A stretch of 64,000 bases of DNA, from NCBI GenBank assembly GCA_016932615.1, contig JAFGCN010000018.1, forward strand, positions 3,495 through 67,494. Reading direction: 5' to 3'. The notes under the pieces were generated by a model that saw only the letters and a list, made by a program, of their open reading frames with translations, did no database searches and had not been told where the DNA came from. The DNA is from Candidatus Aenigmatarchaeota archaeon. Its GTDB lineage: Archaea; Aenigmatarchaeota; Aenigmatarchaeia; QMZS01. Made by a program: the position numbers and the translations under genes. Below are positions 58,095 to 64,000 of this stretch, in pieces (the first letter of the stretch is position 1; each line of letters starts with the position of its first letter).

Positions 58095-59339
58095 TTACCG
58101 GGTCCCTCGCCTGCAAACCGGAGGCAATGAAAGCTTATGCAGGTTTGATCTTTTTCGCAGGATTATCGATTCTACCTTTTCTAAGGGTACGGCTGTCAGG
58201 CGGGAAATTTCTTTTGCGCTAAATCCCAGGGAAAGCATCTTAAGGACAGTGTCTATGCCAAAATAGCTTAGCCCTATCTCGCCCTCGTCAGTCTGCCCTT
58301 CCCAAAGCCCTGCAGAAGGAGTGCTCTGGATAATTTCTTCAGGCACGCCAATCTTCCTCGCAAGAGCAAAAAGTTCCGACTTGTAGAGGTCAGCAATCGG
58401 CTCAATGTCGGCCCCGCCGTCGCCATATTTTGTAAAGTATCCCAGCTCCATCTCCGAGCGGTTCGTAGTCCCCATGACCAAAAGCCCTCCCTGGTTTGCA
58501 AAATAATACAGTGCGCACATCCGAAGGCGCGACTGGAGGTTTCCTCTTGAAACGGGATTCCCATTTGGAAGGGCCTTAATGAAAGTTTCATAAACCCCCT
58601 CCAGCGAAAGAGTTTTTATCTCGAGCATTTCCGAAAGAAGCTTTATGCTAGGGCAGGGCTTTTCACCAAAAGGAATATAGACAAAAAAAGCTTTGTCTCC
58701 AAGTGCCTTTTTTGCTAAGAGGGCTGTTACCGCAGAGTCCACTCCGCCACTCACTCCAACAATGCAGCCCTTCGCCCCAGAGTCCGAAACTGCGCCCCGG
58801 ATAAAAGAAACTATCTTTTTTTCGGGAGAGGCAGAAAGATTGCGGATTCTTGAAATTCCGCCGATGCTTTCTACAAATCTTGCAGTGGCTTTCGAGACCA
58901 TATGCTTCCACTTAAGCCCCCTGGCAATTTTTGAGCGCACTTGGGTTGCCGAAAGCCCAAAGTAAAGCGGGTTTTTTATGACCCTTATTCCCGCGCCATC
59001 AAGGCAGCGCTTCGTCCAGCTGTTTCGGGTGTGAACGATAATGTTCCTGGTGCCTGCAAGGGAAATGAGCTTTTCCGACCATTGCGTATCGTCATTATAG
59101 TCGGGAATGCCAAATATGCGGAAGTCTATTATCCCCTGCTCTTCAAGCGCAATTTCAAGCATTTTTTTCCGCTGCCAAAAATCCAGTGGGTTTTCGTAAG
59201 TGCCTGACTCCTGCATTGAGCCAATAGCAATTGCAAACTCTCCGCCCGCGGAAAGCTGCTTTATTACCTCCATATGCCCCAGATGAAGCGGCTGGAACCT
59301 CCCTACAAATACAGGAAGCAGTTCTTTGGTGCGGACCAT
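58095..59339 (-). CDS. fusion protein: archaeal-type NMN/NaMN adenylyltransferase (NadM-like) plus NH3-dependent NAD+ synthetase (NadE)
   Basis: The N-terminal FVGRFQPLHLGH is the nucleotidyltransferase (H/T)xGH motif. The C-terminal half has IVGVSGGVDSAV (PP-loop SGGxDS) and a typical NadE tail. Confidence 0.75.
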   Translation of the reverse strand: MVRTKELLPVFVGRFQPLHLGHMEVIKQLSAGGEFAIAIGSMQESGTYENPLDFWQRKKMLEIALEEQGIIDFRIFGIPDYNDDTQWSEKLISLAGTRNIIVHTRNSWTKRCLDGAGIRVIKNPLYFGLSATQVRSKIARGLKWKHMVSKATARFVESIGGISRIRNLSASPEKKIVSFIRGAVSDSGAKGCIVGVSGGVDSAVTALLAKKALGDKAFFVYIPFGEKPCPSIKLLSEMLEIKTLSLEGVYETFIKALPNGNPVSRGNLQSRLRMCALYYFANQGGLLVMGTTNRSEMELGYFTKYGDGGADIEPIADLYKSELFALARKIGVPEEIIQSTPSAGLWEGQTDEGEIGLSYFGIDTVLKMLSLGFSAKEISRLTAVPLEKVESIILRKRSNLHKLSLPPVCRRGTR

Positions 59340-59410
59340 AAAATAAGAAAAAGCAAGAAAAAGAAGGCCATTCTCCGGAGCCGCTTAAAGAATCTGATCC
59401 ATGCCCCGGA

Positions 59411-59749
59411 CTAGAATTCCGGCGGCTGAATCCACCCCGCAAGAATTAATATGACCACAAGAAGGGTGTAAACCAGGGATATTGCAAGATCTTTTGACAT
59501 TTCCCGCCGGTTTTCTTTTTCTCTCAGTTCTGAAAAGCCCCAGTGCATCAGGACAAAGCCAAGCACATTCGTAAGCCAGTAACCCAGAACCATTGCCGGA
59601 AGAAACAAGTCCCTGGAAAGGAAAGTAAAAGGCATGGCAAAAAGGTAGGCCAGAGGTATGTTTATGAGAAGGTCATTCCACCAGGACAGTGGAGAAAGCA
59701 GATAGCCCGCGCACATCAAAACTCCGCCGCGAATCTTCCTCTGGGACAC
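59411..59749 (-). CDS. small integral membrane protein
   Basis: 112 aa with 3 TM helices. The track start is a GTG. The first ATG is at 59716. Confidence 0.4.
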   Translation of the reverse strand: MSQRKIRGGVLMCAGYLLSPLSWWNDLLINIPLAYLFAMPFTFLSRDLFLPAMVLGYWLTNVLGFVLMHWGFSELREKENRREMSKDLAISLVYTLLVVILILAGWIQPPEF

Positions 59750-59907
59750 AATATTGCTTGCACTTCCATTAAGTACCTCCTGGTGCTTAAAGGCAGATTT
59801 CAGCTTATTGCAAGTGCCCTCTGCCTATTACGAAAAGAGTCTCAAGCGAACACGGGTCTGCTAAGAAATATAGCAATGTGATGCAAATTATATCAAGGTG
59901 AAGCATT

Positions 59908-60378
59908 ATGGTAAAATTCGACCCGGGGTCTCCAAAAACCTATTTTATGAAGACGTTACCCGAGGTTTTAAGTCAAGAAGTGCCAACACCATTCTTAATC
60001 TATGACGTAACTGGTCCAAGCCCGGAGATAACACTCAGCCCAACAATGGTTGCCAAGCATTCAAGCCCCATTGAAAGATTGTCAATGGGCCAAACATACG
60101 CTATTGTAGCCGAGGGAAATGCCAAGAGGGAATACTCCTTTGAATATATTCCAAAAGAGCGCCCAAAAGAGCAGATTTCCATAAGCACCATTATCCCAGG
60201 TCCAGCAGGAGTAACAATAACCGGCATGGCAGTGCCTGTAAAAGGCGGAAAAACAAAACCAGCCCGGCTAGTACTTGCATACGACGAAGCCAATGAACTG
60301 CTTTTTCCCAAGAAAAACTCTATTTGGGACAAACTGGGGGTTGACCACTCCTGTTACAATCTAGATTTTGACCCCTAA
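59908..60378 (+). CDS. hypothetical protein
   Basis: 156-aa ORF, no motif recognised. Confidence 0.4.
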   Translation: MVKFDPGSPKTYFMKTLPEVLSQEVPTPFLIYDVTGPSPEITLSPTMVAKHSSPIERLSMGQTYAIVAEGNAKREYSFEYIPKERPKEQISISTIIPGPAGVTITGMAVPVKGGKTKPARLVLAYDEANELLFPKKNSIWDKLGVDHSCYNLDFDP

Positions 60379-60425
60379 GACTCAATTTTAGGGCCCTTGG
60401 ATTTCGAAGACTAAAGAGTTCAGTT

Positions 60426-61166
60426 TTGCTCTATGTCCTAGACCTAAAGCCACGGTCAGCAGAAGAAACAAAAGCAATTTTGGCTGAATTACTAATGGTG
60501 AAAATATGCGCGACAACGGTGCTGGCCATACTGTGCGTGGCGGCAAGCTTGTATGCCTGGAACTCAGGAGACCCCGACCAGTTTGTCAGGGATTACGGAT
60601 ACTCGACCGTAAATATGCTCTCAGGAAATTTTTACGTGCTTTTGACATCGATATTTCTCCATTCCGATTTCAGCCACCTTATCTCAAACATATTCGTGCT
60701 TACGATATTCGGGCTGACGCTTGAAGGCGAAATCGGGTGCCGGCGGTTTTTGCTCCTGTTCTTCGGGGGGGCTTTTTTCGGCGACCTTCTTTCGTCCCTC
60801 ATATACAACCCGGCAGTCCCGGCAATCGGGGCTTCAGGAGGAGTTTTCGCGATAATTGCGGCAACTATGCTCATAAAGCCAATTCCAACAGACTATTATT
60901 TCCCGATGCCTCTCGGAGTTATAGCCATCGGCTACCTCATTTATGCCCTTGCAGGGCTTATTACAAACTACCCGCCAAACGTCTCCCACATCGCCCACCT
61001 TGGTGGAGCCCTTGTCGGTCTTATCTACGGCTGCCAAAGGCAGGGGCTTAAAAAGACCCTCCAGATTCTGATGGTGGTTACAGTAATCCTTCTGGCAGTG
61101 CCGATAATATGGAATTTCTGGTCCATACTCCTTGGCTTAATCACCGGCTCAATATCTCTTTCCTGA
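60426..61166 (+). CDS. rhomboid-family intramembrane serine protease
   Basis: GASGGVFAI (GxSG catalytic Ser), AHLGGALVG (catalytic His context) and 6 TM helices. The track start is a TTG. The first ATG is at 60495. Confidence 0.8.
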   Translation: MLYVLDLKPRSAEETKAILAELLMVKICATTVLAILCVAASLYAWNSGDPDQFVRDYGYSTVNMLSGNFYVLLTSIFLHSDFSHLISNIFVLTIFGLTLEGEIGCRRFLLLFFGGAFFGDLLSSLIYNPAVPAIGASGGVFAIIAATMLIKPIPTDYYFPMPLGVIAIGYLIYALAGLITNYPPNVSHIAHLGGALVGLIYGCQRQGLKKTLQILMVVTVILLAVPIIWNFWSILLGLITGSISLS

Positions 61167-61255
61167 TGCCCTCCAGCCCATTTAGAAAGTAAAATGCCCT
61201 GTTGGAAGATAAACTATTTATTGGTTAAATACAATATCTATTTGTTGAATTACTT

Positions 61256-63583
61256 ATGGCTGAAGAAGTTAAATTGAAGGTAGGGGAACTAACCAACAGG
61301 GAAGAGTTCGGAAAGGGCATAGCCCGCCTTGGAACAAGTTTCATGCAAAAAATTGGTGTCCGTGAAGGGGGTTACATTCAACTTGAAGGCGCCAAAAAAA
61401 CATACTCTATAGCGGTCAGGTCGTACCCGTCAGACATAGGGCTTGATGTAGTCAGGATTGATGGAATTTCGAGAAAAAACTGCAATACGGGCGTAGGGGA
61501 AACCGTTTCCGTAAAAAAGGCCAGTATCAAGGAAGCCCAAAAGATAACACTTGCGCCCGCTCAGGAAGGGATGATGATTCATGTTGACCCCGATTACATG
61601 AAACAAAACCTTTTTAAAAGGCCATTTGCAAAAGGGGATATCGTGGTGCCTAACCCTGTAAGCAAAAGAAGGCAATCCCAGGAAGACATTTTTGACGAAG
61701 ACCTGCCTGAACTGTTTAAGACCATGCTTGCCCCTTTCGGTGAGATGCGGGAAATACGGCTCGACAATCTCTTCGGGGGAATGAAATTTATTGTTGTGGA
61801 CGTTTCGCCCAAGGAAGGCGGCTACATAGGAGAAACTACAGAACTTGAAGTCCTTTCAAAGGCAGTCGAAATTAAGGAAGAGCAGATTCCGGAAGTTACC
61901 TATGATAATGTGGGGGGGCTTAAAGAAGAGATAAATGCAGTAAGGGAAGTAATCGAGCTTCCTATGCGCCATCCGGAATTGTTCCAGCGGCTTGGAATAA
62001 AGCCGCCCAAGGGTGTGCTTATGCATGGGCCCCCAGGGACTGGAAAGACGCTTCTTGCCAAAGCCCTTGCAAATGAAAGCGGGGCAAATTTCTATTCCAT
62101 TGCAGGCCCTGAGATAATGAGCAAATATTATGGACAGTCGGAAGAAAATCTGAGGAAAAAATTCGACGAGGCGGAGAAAAACGCGCCTTCGATAATATTC
62201 ATAGATGAGATTGACGCAATTGCCCCCAAGAGAGAGGAGGTGACTAACGAAGTCGAAAGGAGAGTTGTTTCGCAGCTCCTAACTATGATGGATGGGCTTA
62301 AAAGCAGGGGACAGGTGATTGTGATTGGCGCGACGAACAGGCCGGATTCGCTTGACCCTGCACTTAGAAGGCCGGGAAGATTCGACCGGGAAATTGTTAT
62401 CGGAGTTCCAAACCAGGAAGGCCGGCTTGAGATTTTGCAGATACACTCCAGAAATATGCCTCTGGCTGAAGATGTAGACCTAAAAAGCATATCAGAAAAA
62501 ACCTATGGCTTCGTTGGAGCTGACCTCGAGGCCCTTTGCAAGGAAGCGGCAATGCATGCCCTTAGAAGAGTCGTGCCCGACCTTTCGATGCTTAAGGGGC
62601 AGGAAACGCTGCCAAAGGAAACAATAGAAAAACTCATGGTTACGCAGAAAGATTTCGAGGATGCTATGAAAAAGGTTGAGCCCTCGGCAATGAGGGAAGT
62701 TCTTGTGGAAGTTCCAAACGTTCACTGGAGCGACATTGGTGGGCTTGAAGGCGTCAAGCAGCAGCTTGTGGAAGTGGTCGAGTGGCCTCTCAAGTACTCA
62801 GAAAAGTTTGGTCAGCTCAATATCAAGCCGCCAAGAGGGGTTCTCCTATATGGCCCTCCGGGAACTGGAAAAACTATGCTTGCAAAAGCCGTTGCAAATG
62901 AAAGCGGGGCAAACTTTATCACCGTAAAAGGACCTGAGCTTCTAAGCAAATGGGTCGGCGAAAGCGAGAAAAAGCTCAGGGAGATATTCAAGAAAGCAAA
63001 GCAGGCAGCACCCTCAGTAATCTTCTTTGATGAAATTGACGCAATGACTAAGACTAGGGGTGGCAGCTCAGCTGGAAGAAGTGACGTTGTCGACAGCATA
63101 GTCTCCCAGCTTCTGACCGAACTTAGCGGAATCGAAGAGCTTAAAGGTGTCGTCGTAATGGCTGCCACAAACAGGCCTGACCTTATAGACTCTTCTCTAA
63201 TGAGGCCTGGAAGGTTTGACCGGCACATACTGGTCCCGAACCCCGACAAGGCCGCCCGGCTTCAGATACTTAAAATCCACTCGAAGGGCGTCCCTCTCGA
63301 CAAGGACGTAAACCTCGAAGACATCGCTGAAAAGGCCAACGGCTACTCAGGTGCGGACTTGGAGGCGCTTGTAAGGGAAGCTGCAATACTGGTTCTTCGT
63401 GACAGCATAAAGGACAACAAAGACGTCAAAAAGGTCAGCAAAAAAGAGTTTGAAAAAGTAATGAAGACAGTCCGGCCATCAGTCCCGGAAAAGCTCAGCA
63501 AGTGGTATGAGGACTTCGAAAAAACCATTAAGACCCCGGACGAGGAAAAAAAGAAAGCTTCAACGCCGGAATATACTAATTAA
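61256..63583 (+). CDS. cdc48: CDC48/VCP-like AAA+ ATPase
   Basis: 775 aa. N-terminal double-psi barrel region and two AAA modules, each with GPPGTGKT and a DEID Walker B ([18 protein letters not shown]). Confidence 0.95.
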   Translation: MAEEVKLKVGELTNREEFGKGIARLGTSFMQKIGVREGGYIQLEGAKKTYSIAVRSYPSDIGLDVVRIDGISRKNCNTGVGETVSVKKASIKEAQKITLAPAQEGMMIHVDPDYMKQNLFKRPFAKGDIVVPNPVSKRRQSQEDIFDEDLPELFKTMLAPFGEMREIRLDNLFGGMKFIVVDVSPKEGGYIGETTELEVLSKAVEIKEEQIPEVTYDNVGGLKEEINAVREVIELPMRHPELFQRLGIKPPKGVLMHGPPGTGKTLLAKALANESGANFYSIAGPEIMSKYYGQSEENLRKKFDEAEKNAPSIIFIDEIDAIAPKREEVTNEVERRVVSQLLTMMDGLKSRGQVIVIGATNRPDSLDPALRRPGRFDREIVIGVPNQEGRLEILQIHSRNMPLAEDVDLKSISEKTYGFVGADLEALCKEAAMHALRRVVPDLSMLKGQETLPKETIEKLMVTQKDFEDAMKKVEPSAMREVLVEVPNVHWSDIGGLEGVKQQLVEVVEWPLKYSEKFGQLNIKPPRGVLLYGPPGTGKTMLAKAVANESGANFITVKGPELLSKWVGESEKKLREIFKKAKQAAPSVIFFDEIDAMTKTRGGSSAGRSDVVDSIVSQLLTELSGIEELKGVVVMAATNRPDLIDSSLMRPGRFDRHILVPNPDKAARLQILKIHSKGVPLDKDVNLEDIAEKANGYSGADLEALVREAAILVLRDSIKDNKDVKKVSKKEFEKVMKTVRPSVPEKLSKWYEDFEKTIKTPDEEKKKASTPEYTN

Positions 63584-64000
63584 ATGGGATTACCCAAAGG
63601 TATACTCTTTATAGATATCTCTAGTATGGCCACCAGAAATATTGAGCCAATAAGCTTCATACGCAAAGATTACGGCGACGCAAGTCTCCTGAGAGAACTT
63701 TCCAGCCGATCCAAAACAAGTTCCCCAATGACGGTTTCCGAACTGCAGGAACAACTAAACCCTGGAGTTTTTAATGAAATTTTCGATTTTCCAGGAACTG
63801 TTATCGATGAAACAGAGAAAACAGTATATCTTCCAAGCAGGACCCTTTATGAAAAAATCTGGGATATTCAGGAAAGAGAAGATAGTCTTGGCTCAAAGGG
63901 GCTCATTGAAAAAGCTCTTTTCTATAGATATTCGCCTTTTCGCCCAATCAACTACTTGTCAAGAAAAATAATTGAAAAGGGTGAGAAAAGCATTCCTGTC
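63584..64000 (+). CDS. hypothetical protein, truncated by the window edge
   Basis: Own translation from ATG 63584, which overlaps the cdc48 stop (TAAATG): MGLPKGILFIDISSMATRNIEPISFIRKDYGD... The frame is open to position 64000. Confidence 0.45.
   Translation, partial: MGLPKGILFIDISSMATRNIEPISFIRKDYGDASLLRELSSRSKTSSPMTVSELQEQLNPGVFNEIFDFPGTVIDETEKTVYLPSRTLYEKIWDIQEREDSLGSKGLIEKALFYRYSPFRPINYLSRKIIEKGEKSIPV

Overview
This is a gene-dense chromosomal window that reads as a small-genome, DPANN-like archaeon. Archaeal hallmarks are class I LysRS, the rpl21e-rpoF-DUF655 cluster, uL4, uL23, Sec61beta, Cbf5/TruB, the EndA tRNA-splicing endonuclease, CDC48, GGPP synthase, an archaemetzincin-like gene and a DUF1931 histone-fold protein. 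I see no rRNA and no CRISPR array.

Main blocks:
- 1237-7134: a minus-strand sugar-modification and glycosylation operon (DegT, two creatininase-like paralogs, GNAT, processive GT2, WbqC, PIG-L).
- 7239-14090: uvrB, then a tyrosine recombinase and an accessory island holding a type II R-M pair bracketed by an imperfect inverted repeat and a radical SAM gene bracketed by direct repeats.
- Housekeeping genes interspersed with many orphans and several unusual domain fusions (GNAT-HDAC, LMW-PTP-HIT, NMNAT-NadE).

Strongest signals:
- Three tRNA genes, Arg(TCG), Leu(TAG) and Leu(CAA), are broken by three to four intervening sequences each. The insertions sit in the D-loop, at anticodon 37/38, in the variable loop and at T-loop 59/60.
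- These introns carry a shared family of CTTTCTT/AAGAAAG hairpin elements. The elements occur at different tRNA positions and in both orientations, and also as solo intergenic copies. The EndA gene, which has a long charged N-terminal extension, lies between two of these loci.
- A tandemly duplicated module of unknown function sits between rpl4 and rpl23. It pairs membrane proteins that have a disordered N-terminus and two Gly-rich TM helices with a convergent small helical protein.

All calls come from reading the sequence and the ORF translations. No database searches were run. Intron boundaries are approximate, within a few nucleotides.
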